Of a DNA stretch of 64,000 nucleotides, positions 43,301 through 53,274 are shown piece after piece; positions within the stretch are counted from its first letter, which is position 1; each line of letters starts with the position of its first letter. Source of the DNA: a virus. Taxonomy: Duplodnaviria > Caudoviricetes. The translations under genes were made by a program, and so were the position numbers. Location of the stretch: positions 13,863 through 77,862 of the IMG/VR virus record IMGVR_UViG_3300012200_000001; one strand, written 5' to 3'. The notes beneath the pieces were generated by a model. The model made no database searches, was not told the origin of the DNA, and saw only the letters and a list, made by a program, of their open reading frames with translations.

Positions 43301-44362
43301 ATGGCGTGGTTGGTAGGCGACGGTTTTGATTTTTACAACGCCGCGGGCGACGTCGCATTGAACTCGGGAGTCTGGGCAGTAGAAACAAACTGCACCCTGC
43401 AACCATTTGGGACGTCGCGATTTGGGGCCGGGAATTGGATGACGTTGGGAAACCTCGGCTCCACAGCCGGAAACTTAGGGACAGCAGCGTTTGCAAATAG
43501 CACAACGATCTACGTGAACATGAACATCATCTCGAATCAGGCTCATGTGGGCGGCGGCACCACGCAGTGCGTGGGTTTCACCTGGCGGGACGGTGCTTCT
43601 ATCCAGGGCGGTCTTTTCTTACGCAATGGCGGAGACTTCGTCGTCACCAGCGGCGATAAAGGGAGCGCCGTGCTGGCCACGTCAAGCGTGTTAATTCCGG
43701 TGGTCAATGTGTGGCACCACATACAAGCCAAGATCGTCGTCAACAACGCGACCGGGACTGTCGATCTTCGCCTGGACGGTCACACGTCAGCGGATTTTAG
43801 TTCCGGGAGCATCAACACCCGCAACGGCACAGCCAACGCCTATGCCAACGTCATCAACATTACCTCAACAAGCCCCAGCCTCGATGGCGTCGACGATTTC
43901 TACGCATTCAACGATCAAGGTGCGGCCCCGAACACATGGCAGGGGGACGTGCGCGCCGTGCAACAGGTGCCGAACACGGACAGCGCGATTACCTGGACGC
44001 GCAACACCGGCCCGAATAATTGCTTAACGGTCGACGATCTGAGACAAGACGGCGACACGACGTACGTATCAACGAATGTCGTGAACAACGTGGACACCTA
44101 CGCGCTCGCGGCGCTGGCGACAACTCCTTCTGTGGTTGTTGCAGTGGTGCTTAAATATATAGCCCGTATGGACGACTCCGGGCCACATACAGTGACCGCT
44201 CAGCTCACCAGCGGTGGAACGACGGTTACTCTGCCAGATTACAGCACCACGAGTAGCTATGCTTACCAACAGGCCGTGTACACCACTGATCCGAACACGT
44301 CTGCGGCTTGGTCGGCAGCGGCGGTGAATGCGGCCTTAATCAGCCTCAAAGACGTTCTGTAA
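43301..44362 (+). CDS. Virion protein with LamG/concanavalin-like domain (module B), paralog of 25287-26324
   Basis: MA....D.FD.Y, WHHIQ.K...L.LDG, DGDTTYV, DPNT..AW. Confidence 0.75.
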   Translation: MAWLVGDGFDFYNAAGDVALNSGVWAVETNCTLQPFGTSRFGAGNWMTLGNLGSTAGNLGTAAFANSTTIYVNMNIISNQAHVGGGTTQCVGFTWRDGASIQGGLFLRNGGDFVVTSGDKGSAVLATSSVLIPVVNVWHHIQAKIVVNNATGTVDLRLDGHTSADFSSGSINTRNGTANAYANVINITSTSPSLDGVDDFYAFNDQGAAPNTWQGDVRAVQQVPNTDSAITWTRNTGPNNCLTVDDLRQDGDTTYVSTNVVNNVDTYALAALATTPSVVVAVVLKYIARMDDSGPHTVTAQLTSGGTTVTLPDYSTTSSYAYQQAVYTTDPNTSAAWSAAAVNAALISLKDVL

Positions 44363-44365
44363 GAA

Positions 44366-44683
44366 ATGGCAATCCGCGTCACCCAGGTCGGCAACGAAGT
44401 CTGGGTTGTCAATCCCAGCAAAATTCGTGTCACCCAAGTTGGCAATGAAGTCTGGCTCATCCCCACCGGGGGCAAAATCCGTGTCACCCAGGTCGGACTC
44501 GAAGTCTGGCGCTCCGTTGCAAACGAGCCACTGACCATCACGGGCCACGCGGACGGAGTGGCCCGGGCCTTCGCCTACACGCCCTTTACCTACCCGGTGG
44601 AAGGGCACGCGGACGGATATGCGACTGCTCAGGAAACGTCCGGAGTAAAGTGGTCAGCCATCATGGTCGTCATGGGCGTCTGA
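44366..44683 (+). CDS. Virion protein with three IRVTQVGxEVW repeats
   Basis: Repeat units start at 44372, 44423 and 44477. Confidence 0.72.
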   Translation: MAIRVTQVGNEVWVVNPSKIRVTQVGNEVWLIPTGGKIRVTQVGLEVWRSVANEPLTITGHADGVARAFAYTPFTYPVEGHADGYATAQETSGVKWSAIMVVMGV

Positions 44684-44684
44684 A

Positions 44685-45617
44685 ATGGCTGACAGCAAGC
44701 GCAAGGCCCACGTCAAACGTATCTATAAGATAGTCACCGATCCTGACACCAAGGAGGAGTTTCTCAGCACCGACATCTTTGTAGACGTGCTCAGAATCGA
44801 CGAGCTTCTCGTCAACTTTCAGAGCACGGACGATGAAAGACTCGGGCAAATCATCAAATACGTTTTGAAGTGGAATGACGACAAAGACAATCCGCTCGAC
44901 AATATCGACGCTAGCGCCGCGGACATCCAATTTGAGAACGCCAACGCCAAGCGCAAGACCGAAAAACGCAGAATAGTCGATCCGGGCGTCAAGACGGACA
45001 AGACCCCCCTGCCTGAGGGCAGCTCTGAGAGTGCCACCTCAACCGAGGACAACGACCTTTACCTTTGGATTATGAAGAGAGTGAAAATAATGATGCCGCG
45101 GGGGGAGGTTACCGGACGAGAAGATCAAATCGTTCAATTCGTGTTCAACAACCGTCCTTTATTCGATGATAGCGAAGGGCCCCCGAGCAATCGAACGACC
45201 AGCGTGATCAAGGTCGTCAACAACGATCTCGGCGGCATGAAAATGGCGACCGAACCGCAGGCCGATGGGGACGGTGCTGATGAGGATCCGCAAGCGATTG
45301 TTCGTGATTGGGATACCTACAGGAAGGCTCTAGAGGACGGCAAGACCGACAAAGATGACGAGTTATATCTCACCGTGGAATTTACGGACAACTTTACGGT
45401 TAACTTTGGTGCCGATGCGGAGAGAGGGTTAGAAGCTCAGGGCATCAAACACGTCCTGGGAAATAACCGGGCCATAGAGGACATGTTTGCGAAGGGCGAC
45501 CCAAAGGCTCTGGATCTCGATGGAAAATCAGCCCTAATTCGGCTCGATCCACTTCAGCTTATCGTCAACGTGGGTTCAAACATCATCGCTGTTGAGTTTA
45601 AGCCTGAGGCCGAGTGA
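44685..45617 (+). CDS. Acidic hypothetical virion-associated protein
   Basis: 310-aa ORF in the late operon. Confidence 0.7.
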   Translation: MADSKRKAHVKRIYKIVTDPDTKEEFLSTDIFVDVLRIDELLVNFQSTDDERLGQIIKYVLKWNDDKDNPLDNIDASAADIQFENANAKRKTEKRRIVDPGVKTDKTPLPEGSSESATSTEDNDLYLWIMKRVKIMMPRGEVTGREDQIVQFVFNNRPLFDDSEGPPSNRTTSVIKVVNNDLGGMKMATEPQADGDGADEDPQAIVRDWDTYRKALEDGKTDKDDELYLTVEFTDNFTVNFGADAERGLEAQGIKHVLGNNRAIEDMFAKGDPKALDLDGKSALIRLDPLQLIVNVGSNIIAVEFKPEAE

Positions 45618-45618
45618 C

Positions 45619-47418
45619 ATGGCCTACGAATATGTGGCCCCCGTGAAAGTGGCGGACGCAAGCAAGATCACTCTTTCTACGTGGGTCTATATCAGCAAAG
45701 AGGCGGTTGCTGCCCAGGCCAAGGTTGTTGCGGCTAAGACCCTGGACCCTCACTTTGCAAGCGATAGCGTCCGCAGCCGTATTCCCATCATGGAATTCGG
45801 CAACAGCATAGAGCCGCTCGTGGGCATTCGCATCGGAATGAGTATGACTTGGGAGGGATATCTGGGGTTTTTTTGGTGGTATGGCTTTCTCGACGCCCCA
45901 TACTTCCCGGACTACACCGCAGGATACATGATCGGCGGCAAAGGTCGGACCAGGAAGGGTTGGTTTCCTTTCGTCGGCGGCAAAGCAATAGCTTCTGTCG
46001 ATTACTCAGAGGAGTGGAAGAACGTCAATTTCGTCTTCCTTGGAACGGCAGCCTCCGGCGTCGGTACTGACTTTTACTACATGCCCCCAGGCACCGTGCT
46101 CCCACCCATCCACCCAACCGTACGGTATGACGGTTTTGACGACACGGGAATCCTTCCCTACAACGTCACCAACGCAGGTACGGGGGATTTTCCAGCGTAT
46201 CCCGGCGGCGATCACGCCGGTAAGTTTGCGCATCCAACGAGCTGGACTTTCCGGGGAGAGATGAAAGCTCTTGTGGTGAATGTCCCCAATCGCATATCAG
46301 TTTTGCCGAAGGACATCGTATCCGCAGCCGACGGTCTTCTCGTCGAGAGCGAAATACTTTTCAATAATTTTTGGTCCTCTCCGCTGAACTACACGATGCA
46401 ACCGACCCCCACTCCGGTCATGGGAGATAAGCCCGATATAAGAGTAGATACCGGCCCAGGCTCGGGCAAGTATTTCGCTTATGGCGACATGGTCCTCATT
46501 TTCCCGAAGCGCCCAAACGCAACCTACGCGACCGAGGAGCACGTAACAGCAATACCCTCCACGTTGTTCTACGAGGGCGAGACCATAAAATTCTTGCTAA
46601 CCGGCCGTTGGCCGGAGAAGACAACACCCCAAGACGATGAGATAGTCCCAACGCTGACCTTCTCCGCGGGAGGATTCAAAGTTGATAGCTGGAACCACAT
46701 CTTCCTCACAGTCGATCTGACAACAATGGTCATCAGCGGCGGTCAAGACGATCCCGAAAAGCTGATATGGATTGACACCATAGTAGGTCCTCAACTCGTA
46801 CCAGAGGGACTGCGGATACCAGAGATGGTCACGCCTCCCAAATGGGCAATGTACGTAAACGGCAAAGCGGCCACGAAAGGAACGGACCTAAATCCAAACC
46901 CTGTTGCTCAACTCACGGTCTATCCGAGCAAGAACGGTCACTGGAAATCCGAGAAGACTTTCAAGATGGCACTGAAGGATGGCCAGATCGGGCTTCCGCT
47001 CATTCCCGAGGAGATCGGCAGATACAAGACGACCGGACCAAATCAGAAGATTGAATACGCCTACACGCACATCTGGTTCGACAAATATATCGAGCCGACA
47101 AAGGCGAACCTGTCCAAGTTCTTCTGGAAAAGTAAGAACAAGGACTACAACTTTGTGATCCCGCCTCCGAACAAAAAGGCGGCAAGGAAGGCGTTCGGCA
47201 AACCAGACGTGTGGTTGTACCGCGATAAGGCGGGCGGCGTTGAGTGGAAGAACCTAGGAACAGCTGGGACGTTTAAGATTGTAGGTAAACCAAAAACTGT
47301 AACTGACAAAGATGAGACGGGCGCGGAGATTAAGAAAGAAGTGAAACCGCCATTCGATTACCGTCCGGGTCCGGGACAACCTAAAAGGAAAAAGACCACA
47401 ACCACCGTAACCGCCTAA
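45619..47418 (+). CDS. Large virion or receptor-binding protein with LamG-like elements
   Basis: TLSTWVY, WNHIFLTVD and MYVNG strands. Start reassigned to ATG 45619. Confidence 0.6.
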   Translation: MAYEYVAPVKVADASKITLSTWVYISKEAVAAQAKVVAAKTLDPHFASDSVRSRIPIMEFGNSIEPLVGIRIGMSMTWEGYLGFFWWYGFLDAPYFPDYTAGYMIGGKGRTRKGWFPFVGGKAIASVDYSEEWKNVNFVFLGTAASGVGTDFYYMPPGTVLPPIHPTVRYDGFDDTGILPYNVTNAGTGDFPAYPGGDHAGKFAHPTSWTFRGEMKALVVNVPNRISVLPKDIVSAADGLLVESEILFNNFWSSPLNYTMQPTPTPVMGDKPDIRVDTGPGSGKYFAYGDMVLIFPKRPNATYATEEHVTAIPSTLFYEGETIKFLLTGRWPEKTTPQDDEIVPTLTFSAGGFKVDSWNHIFLTVDLTTMVISGGQDDPEKLIWIDTIVGPQLVPEGLRIPEMVTPPKWAMYVNGKAATKGTDLNPNPVAQLTVYPSKNGHWKSEKTFKMALKDGQIGLPLIPEEIGRYKTTGPNQKIEYAYTHIWFDKYIEPTKANLSKFFWKSKNKDYNFVIPPPNKKAARKAFGKPDVWLYRDKAGGVEWKNLGTAGTFKIVGKPKTVTDKDETGAEIKKEVKPPFDYRPGPGQPKRKKTTTTVTA

Positions 47419-47428
47419 AGAGGTTGTC

Positions 47429-47638
47429 GTGACAACAGTATTCCTAGTGACAGCGGATCAAATCCCGATACTCGTGTTTTCTACAATGAGCGCTGCCCAG
47501 CGGTTCTGCTCGACGCGACCAGATTTAAAATATCATGAGTTCACGGTGTTGGAAGAATCGCGTGCTGTAGCAGAAGGTGAATGCCCGGAAACAGCATGTC
47601 CAGGACGGATGGCCGCTGGGTTACATTCACTGCCATGA
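47429..47638 (+). CDS. Small hypothetical protein
   Basis: GAGG RBS with GTG start. Confidence 0.4.
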   Translation: MTTVFLVTADQIPILVFSTMSAAQRFCSTRPDLKYHEFTVLEESRAVAEGECPETACPGRMAAGLHSLP

Positions 47639-50600
47639 TCTGCACGATACACAACGCCTCAGCCTCAGCTCGCATATTCTATGATGTGCAGAAGCGCGAA
47701 GTTAGGGTTGATCCCGGTTGTGTGCGCTACGCCGACATCGATGAGGGCACCTACGTAAGTCTTCGAGCCCGTAGTGATCTTATCGTGAAAGGGGCTTCAT
47801 TCGCGAAGCATGCGCCGCCGGAGCCGCCACCCGCAGCGCTGCCGATCACTCAAAAATCTCCGGTCGTCATTACTGGGCACTTCGGGATTGGAGACAACCT
47901 ACATCAGCGCGCGGTGATACGCGAATTGATGCCGACGCATGATGTGTGGCTGCACACGTGCCATTTCAATTTGTATCACGACTTAATCGCACAAGGCCTG
48001 AAGCTGGTCATGCGGGCGACCGGACTGCACGCGCAGGCGAAAACCGTCGCGCGCGAGCAGCAGCAGTTTGCGGACGCTAAGTTTCCGGCACCGCCGCGAA
48101 CCGCGCGCCAGTTGAAGATCGGCTATCCCAAGGTGTTGATCGATCAGCACGGCTCAATCCTAGAGGCGATGTTCGGCTGCGTCGGTCTCAAGATGCCGGA
48201 GCGCCCTGACTTCAGTTTGCCTATCAAACCAGAGTGGCGTTGCGCGATTCGCGAGGCGATCAGCAAATGGAATGTTGGTGGCAAGCCATTGATGGTGCAT
48301 CGGCCGATTGTCGTTCGCGGGGAGTGGGATGGTAAGTCACGCAATCCAGACCCGGTTGCTTACAATGAGCTGTATCGATCACTGCGGGACAGGTTCTTCG
48401 TGGTGAGCATCGCGGACCTACAGACGGGGCGGGAATGGATCGACGGGCCACGGCAGAACGTAGACATCGAACTGCATAAGGGGGAGCTGTCTTTCGAGGA
48501 GATGGCGGCGCTGTTTTCCGAAGCAAGTATGGTATTCTGCAACGCGGGCTTCGCTCCGGTGCTGGCGCAGGCAGTAGGCACTCCTGTTGTCGTAGTGTAC
48601 GGCGGACGAGAGAGCTTCCGCACCACCCAGCGCGTTGGCGCGCACCTTGCTCCCACGCTGCCGATTGATGTCATCAACCCCTGCGATTGCCATAGCGCGA
48701 AGCATTCGTGCAACAAGCGCATCGATCTCCCGATAGCGCAGCAACGCCTGCAGCAGTTTCTGGAACAGCGCAGAAGCACGCTTCTCTTCGGCACGTTCTA
48801 TGTCGATAGCCCGGATCGGGATGCTCTGACGGATCTATGGAAGCGGCTGCACCTGGCGCTCAATGACGACTGCGATGTTCTCGCGGTCGACTCGCATTCA
48901 CCGATCAAAAAGTTCGAGGACTGGCCACCTTATGATGGCAAGCGACACCGCCGCATGTATTTCAGCTTCCCGGATAACATTGGCCATCTCAGTAGGCCAA
49001 AGGTTACTCTCGGCCGGGACGGATGGGGACGCGCCTTCTGCAAGGGGCTCGAGGTTGCGTGCGAACTCGGTTATGAGTACGTCGCGCACATCGAAGGCGA
49101 CAGCTTGTTTCGCCTCTGCGTGTCAGATGTGGTCAAGCAGATGAAGACAGAGGGCATCGACTGTGCCTCAACTAATGTGCATGGGTTGAGAACGCCCGGA
49201 TTAGACAAGCAATGGATCGAGACAGGCTTGCTGTTTTTCTCGACCGATTATCTGCGGCGCAGCAGATTCATCGAACGCTATAACTGGCCCGAGCGTCAAG
49301 CATCTCCAACGCCGGAGCGCTACATTCGATTGACGATTTTGGAGAAGGACCTTGACGATAAACAATTGCGGATCATGCCGTGGAAGGCGCTGCGCGCCGA
49401 CAAGAACCAGATTACCAAAGACAATGTGTCGTCGTTGAATCTCGATTGGATCACGCATCAGCATGACAGCGCGCAGCAGGATGTCTACAGCAAATTCGTT
49501 GACATGGCTCTGAAGGCGGTGCGGCTGGATGGATCAACATCCGGGGAACTGGCGGGGACGACTGACAGCGTCCCCCGCATCGTCGTCCCCAGACTGAAGC
49601 TCAACCTCGGCTGCGGAACTAACAAGCTCGCGGGCTGGGACAATCATGATGCTGACGTGGACATCACCCGGCGGCTACCGTGGGCCAATGACAGCGCCAG
49701 CCATATCTTCATCGAGCACTGCGTCGAGCATGTGCCGTACAAAGCGGCCATCGAGTTTTTCAAAGAGGCGCACCGCGTGCTCGCCCCTGGCGGCGTGCTG
49801 CGCGTCACGGTTCCTTCGCTAGAGCAAATCGCCTGCTGCGATGATGCTGACTATCACCGTTTCACTACCAAGTGGCAGTCGTTCGGTTCGAATAAGCGCG
49901 GCGCAATGCATGCCATCATCTACGCGCATGGTCATGAGATGGTCTGGAATGCGCAGCTCCTCAGAGACACGCTCTACTTCGCGGCCTTCGATGATGTCCG
50001 CCTCTGTAAGCTGGGTGAATCGGATGATCCAGTGCTGCGAGGCGTTGAAGGGCATGGCAGGATTATCGGAGAAAAATTCAACCGCATTGAATCATGCTCA
50101 GTCGAGGCGCGCAAGAGCGGTCACTTGGCAGAAGCGACATCCGCGTCACTCGCCGAGCCCGTGGCAATCATTCTCGGCGGAGCGGAGTGCTGGCAGCAAG
50201 ATCTCGAGGAGGCGCGCAAGATCATCGGTAACGCGCCTGTCCGGTTCTTCCTCGTCAACGACCAAATCAAGTCATTTCCGGAGTCTGGCATCGCATGCAC
50301 GTTGCATCCCGACAAACTTAATGGCCACTTCGCGTGGTTGGTAATTCGGCGCAAGGCTGGGTTGCCAGACCCGGATGAAGTCTGGTCCCATCGTAAGCAC
50401 GCCGCGGTGACGCACGACACCGCGAGCAATGATTGGAGAGGCTCATCTGGCTTGTTCGCTGTGCAGGTGGCGCGGCGCAAGGGGCACCGGAAGATCATCG
50501 GATGCGGTGTGCCGATGACAGTCGATGGGAATCACTTCGAACGGCACATCAAATGGCAATCTGCGATAGCATTTCGCGATGGTTGGAAGCAGCGCAAAAA

Positions 50601-50688
50601 TGAGATCGCGCCGTACTTTCGCAGCCTATCAGGGTGGACAAGGCAAGAGTTTGGGGAGCCGGATGCGGATTGGATTGCTTCCCAATAA
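47581..50688 (+). CDS. Multidomain glycan-modifying enzyme: GT9-like GT-B + GT-A-like + SAM methyltransferase + MptE/Maf-like domain
   Basis: GIGDNL...MAALFSEASMVFCNAGFAPVLAQAVGTPVV; GWGRAF..GL.....YVAHIEGD; LNLGCG...EHCVEHVP...HRVLAPGG.LRV.VP; ILGGA...VND...GSSGLFA...GCGVPM. Confidence 0.85.
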   Translation: MPGNSMSRTDGRWVTFTAMICTIHNASASARIFYDVQKREVRVDPGCVRYADIDEGTYVSLRARSDLIVKGASFAKHAPPEPPPAALPITQKSPVVITGHFGIGDNLHQRAVIRELMPTHDVWLHTCHFNLYHDLIAQGLKLVMRATGLHAQAKTVAREQQQFADAKFPAPPRTARQLKIGYPKVLIDQHGSILEAMFGCVGLKMPERPDFSLPIKPEWRCAIREAISKWNVGGKPLMVHRPIVVRGEWDGKSRNPDPVAYNELYRSLRDRFFVVSIADLQTGREWIDGPRQNVDIELHKGELSFEEMAALFSEASMVFCNAGFAPVLAQAVGTPVVVVYGGRESFRTTQRVGAHLAPTLPIDVINPCDCHSAKHSCNKRIDLPIAQQRLQQFLEQRRSTLLFGTFYVDSPDRDALTDLWKRLHLALNDDCDVLAVDSHSPIKKFEDWPPYDGKRHRRMYFSFPDNIGHLSRPKVTLGRDGWGRAFCKGLEVACELGYEYVAHIEGDSLFRLCVSDVVKQMKTEGIDCASTNVHGLRTPGLDKQWIETGLLFFSTDYLRRSRFIERYNWPERQASPTPERYIRLTILEKDLDDKQLRIMPWKALRADKNQITKDNVSSLNLDWITHQHDSAQQDVYSKFVDMALKAVRLDGSTSGELAGTTDSVPRIVVPRLKLNLGCGTNKLAGWDNHDADVDITRRLPWANDSASHIFIEHCVEHVPYKAAIEFFKEAHRVLAPGGVLRVTVPSLEQIACCDDADYHRFTTKWQSFGSNKRGAMHAIIYAHGHEMVWNAQLLRDTLYFAAFDDVRLCKLGESDDPVLRGVEGHGRIIGEKFNRIESCSVEARKSGHLAEATSASLAEPVAIILGGAECWQQDLEEARKIIGNAPVRFFLVNDQIKSFPESGIACTLHPDKLNGHFAWLVIRRKAGLPDPDEVWSHRKHAAVTHDTASNDWRGSSGLFAVQVARRKGHRKIIGCGVPMTVDGNHFERHIKWQSAIAFRDGWKQRKNEIAPYFRSLSGWTRQEFGEPDADWIASQ

Positions 50689-50693
50689 GAAAC

Positions 50694-50732
50694 GGGCGAC
50701 GGCGGGCCCTGCAGCATCACCTGCCGTCGCCC
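50694..50732. terminator. 13-bp hairpin at the convergence of the late and early transcription units
   Basis: GGGCGACGGCGGG / CCTGCCGTCGCCC immediately after the stop at 50688. Confidence 0.65.
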
Positions 50733-50793
50733 GGGCGCGTCGCTATTCTTTACCGAGCCAGACGAGAGTCTCCTCCCCGTCGGCCGAGTTCAG

Positions 50794-51051
50794 TCATAGC
50801 GGCGCGCCAACCTTTGATTGGCGCACCCGTTCTTTGATTTCGACAGGTGGCGGAGGGTTGGTGAGATTGCCCTCGCGGTCGTAGACTGCTGGCTCCCAAT
50901 TGCTCGGTTTGAACACCGACCATTCACGCTTACAGGACCAGCAAGCGACGCCGGAAGTGTAACCAGCAGAATTAGTGAAGCCGTACTCATCAAACGCAAG
51001 CCGACAGTCTTGACGGTCACACGTCTTGACGATCTCCTGGATGATATTCAT
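50794..51051 (-). CDS. Small Cys-containing hypothetical protein
   Basis: C....C and CWSC motifs; last gene of the leftward operon. Confidence 0.55.
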   Translation of the reverse strand: MNIIQEIVKTCDRQDCRLAFDEYGFTNSAGYTSGVACWSCKREWSVFKPSNWEPAVYDREGNLTNPPPPVEIKERVRQSKVGAPL

Positions 51052-51223
51052 GTGCCCTCACTGGTCGATAGGGCGAGTCAAACCCGCCAGTTCTCCGTAC
51101 ATAACCAATTTCGTCAAACGTGCTACGCAGCGCATCCACCCATGGGCCGAACATTACGAGTCTGATATTGTCAGATCGGTTTGGCGGAATGCGACGGACA
51201 TAGCAATCTAGCGGCATCATCAA
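51017..51223 (-). CDS. Small hypothetical protein
   Basis: Start overlaps the stop of 51220-51396. Confidence 0.4.
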   Translation of the reverse strand: MMMPLDCYVRRIPPNRSDNIRLVMFGPWVDALRSTFDEIGYVRRTGGFDSPYRPVRAHEYHPGDRQDV

Positions 51224-51396
51224 ATGAGCTTCTCCGCCTCTGCAGCGGCTCGATAGTCGGCAGCGATCTCTAGCATGATCGCGATCTGTTTCTCTTGTGT
51301 CGGCGTGAGATCACCGCTGCGTCCGTAGACCCGATACCGCATGGTGATTTCACGCTCGGCTTCTTTCGCCTTTTCCTCGTTGCTGAACTTGCTCAT
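51220..51396 (-). CDS. Small conserved phage protein (58 aa, below the ORF-track cutoff)
   Basis: Translation MSKFSNEEKAKEAEREITMRYRVY...IAIMLEIAADYR. GAGGAG RBS. Confidence 0.65.
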   Translation of the reverse strand: MSKFSNEEKAKEAEREITMRYRVYGRSGDLTPTQEKQIAIMLEIAADYRAAAEAEKLI

Positions 51397-51727
51397 TTGC
51401 TCGCTCCTCGTACATCTTCATCAGCTCGCGGACGTGATTGATCTCCATGTCGAGCATCTCCTCGCCCATCTCGTGCGGCTGGAACCCACTTATCCACATC
51501 GCCAACAGATCGGCGATGATCCATCCTTGCGTGGCTGGTCCCAAATTCGTGAGCAACGGTCTTATCTTGCGCACGATCTTTTCCGACACTTGCATGATTT
51601 CGTCTGCATCGGCTGGATCAGGATGCTCGCCAAGGAATATGTGGCAGTTGCCGCAATAGAGATTGAGCACGTCGTTGACGTTATGCGAGGTCATGCCGCA
51701 GCGGGGACAGGTAATCGAGTCGCTCAT
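51350..51727 (-). CDS. Hypothetical protein with N-terminal Zn ribbon
   Basis: ITCPRCG..SHN.ND....YCGNCH. Confidence 0.7.
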   Translation of the reverse strand: MSDSITCPRCGMTSHNVNDVLNLYCGNCHIFLGEHPDPADADEIMQVSEKIVRKIRPLLTNLGPATQGWIIADLLAMWISGFQPHEMGEEMLDMEINHVRELMKMYEERANEQVQQRGKGERSRA

Positions 51728-51993
51728 GCGTGCCCCGTCATATCCGGCTGGCCTTCGAAGCGCTTGATCTGCTCCTTGAATAACGTGACGACGTCGCGGC
51801 GATCAGCTCCGTTGCTGATGTAGTTGCAGCGACCTTCCTGCTCACCAAACGGAAAAACCAGCAGCACGAAGCCGACCTTGCGGTTGGTGCCCTTGGCTTT
51901 GCCGTTGAGGACATCATCCAGCACCCTGGCGAGGCTGTTCATCGTGCTCATGTATTCTGGTTCAATCGGTGCATCGCCTAGACGCTCTGTCAT
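51724..51993 (-). CDS. Conserved phage hypothetical protein
   Basis: GFVLLVFPFG...RCNYISN. Coupled to both neighbours. Confidence 0.75.
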   Translation of the reverse strand: MTERLGDAPIEPEYMSTMNSLARVLDDVLNGKAKGTNRKVGFVLLVFPFGEQEGRCNYISNGADRRDVVTLFKEQIKRFEGQPDMTGHA

Positions 51994-52388
51994 TGCTTGT
52001 ACCTTTCTTCATCGATCAGTCGCTTGGTCGTCGCCATGATGGCGCAGCTTCGGCAAAGGTGGCTGCCAGCTTTAAAGGGATGGCCCTCACAGAGTTGGCG
52101 CTCGCCAGCGCTCTCAGGATTGGATGGACGGACCGGCTGTATGTCCTGCGAGATGCAGTACAAGGCTATGCCCGGTACGTCCCGCCTGTTGAGGCGCTGG
52201 CAATCAGGGTCGTCGCAAGAGATCGCTTTGTCCGGCTCAATTCTGAGTAAGCCATAGCGCGCACGATAGTCTGGTTTGCTCAGCATGATGGTTGCCACGC
52301 GGACAGTATCGCGCCACTGCTTTGCAGTTACGCCATGGCAGTGCGAGTGCCTCATGCCCTTCTCGTCGGTGATATATCCTTCATTCAC
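51990..52388 (-). CDS. Hypothetical Cys/His-rich protein
   Basis: GTG start overlaps the HNH stop. Contains HSHC, C..PDC, C..H and C..C. Confidence 0.6.
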   Translation of the reverse strand: MNEGYITDEKGMRHSHCHGVTAKQWRDTVRVATIMLSKPDYRARYGLLRIEPDKAISCDDPDCQRLNRRDVPGIALYCISQDIQPVRPSNPESAGERQLCEGHPFKAGSHLCRSCAIMATTKRLIDEERYKQ

Positions 52389-52735
52389 CTCAACCTCCGT
52401 TTTGGCCAGCGTGATCGCCGCACCGGCTTCTCGCCCGTACTCTTGAGCAGCATACGTTGCGCGTGTGCATTGACCGCCATGCGAACGTGCCGCTCCTTCG
52501 CCATGTCGGCAGCGTCGTGCTTGGTCTTCCATTTATGATCGTGCCGCAGGAGCGGACGAAGATTCCAGTGCGTATCAGGGCCACCATCGGCCTTGCGGAT
52601 TGGATAATGGTCGTACTCAATCATGCCGATGATCTCGTCCTCGGACAGCTCCTTGGCGATCCTGTGGGGCAGCTCCAACCAGGCGACGATGGTGGCAGCA
52701 CGCAGCGTGCGCTCGGAAATGTGCTTCCTGGTCAC
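52385..52735 (-). CDS. HNH endonuclease
   Basis: EYDHYPIRKADGGPDTHWNLRPL...DHKWKT. GTG start at 52735 overlaps the upstream stop. Confidence 0.82.
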   Translation of the reverse strand: MTRKHISERTLRAATIVAWLELPHRIAKELSEDEIIGMIEYDHYPIRKADGGPDTHWNLRPLLRHDHKWKTKHDAADMAKERHVRMAVNAHAQRMLLKSTGEKPVRRSRWPKRRLR

Positions 52736-52926
52736 TCGACGACCTCGATGATTTTCTCCACGCATTCGTCGCAGAGCTGCACGCACGCGCCCTCGTCGGT
52801 CCACATCATTAACGGAGCTTCGCTGACGGGTCCGAAGCAATTTGAGCACAACGGCGCGATCCGCGAATCCGGGCGGCTCCAGGTGAGCTTGCTGACATCG
52901 AAATTAGGCTTGAACCGCAGGTGCAT
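52732..52926 (-). CDS. Small Zn-finger protein
   Basis: CSNC...CDEC. Confidence 0.65.
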   Translation of the reverse strand: MHLRFKPNFDVSKLTWSRPDSRIAPLCSNCFGPVSEAPLMMWTDEGACVQLCDECVEKIIEVVE

Positions 52927-52941
52927 TCAGGTCACGCGCTT

Positions 52942-53271
52942 TCATATGTCGCGCAGAAAAATCTTCAATGATTTCGGAACCGGGTCAGCTCGCCCAAGAT
53001 CACGCCACAACAATCGACAAGCTGCGGCATTGAGTTCGCTTGTCTTAAAGGCACGCTTCAAAATCCGATCATGCTCCAACAACCAGAAACGAAATGCCGG
53101 ATCATCGCCGAAATCGCGCCCATCATCCGCTATATATTTTGCTGCGAGTTTAGATGGCTGCCATTCAAAACCCGCGATCCGACACCCGCACGGCGTTTGC
53201 ACCGCGCAGCCGAGATCGTCCACCAATCGGTTGCCGTGATGACACAGCATCTCAGCAAAAGTGCACGCCAT
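52942..53271 (-). CDS. Hypothetical protein
   Basis: In-operon ORF. Confidence 0.6.
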   Translation of the reverse strand: MACTFAEMLCHHGNRLVDDLGCAVQTPCGCRIAGFEWQPSKLAAKYIADDGRDFGDDPAFRFWLLEHDRILKRAFKTSELNAAACRLLWRDLGRADPVPKSLKIFLRDI

Positions 53272-53274
53272 GTT

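Noticed and set aside
47581-50688. Glycosyltransferases as a DNA hypermodification pathway
   Set aside because: No hydroxymethylase, thymidylate-synthase homologue, kinase or DNA polymerase is in the window, and the GTs sit among late structural genes. Not fully excluded, because part of the genome lies outside the window.
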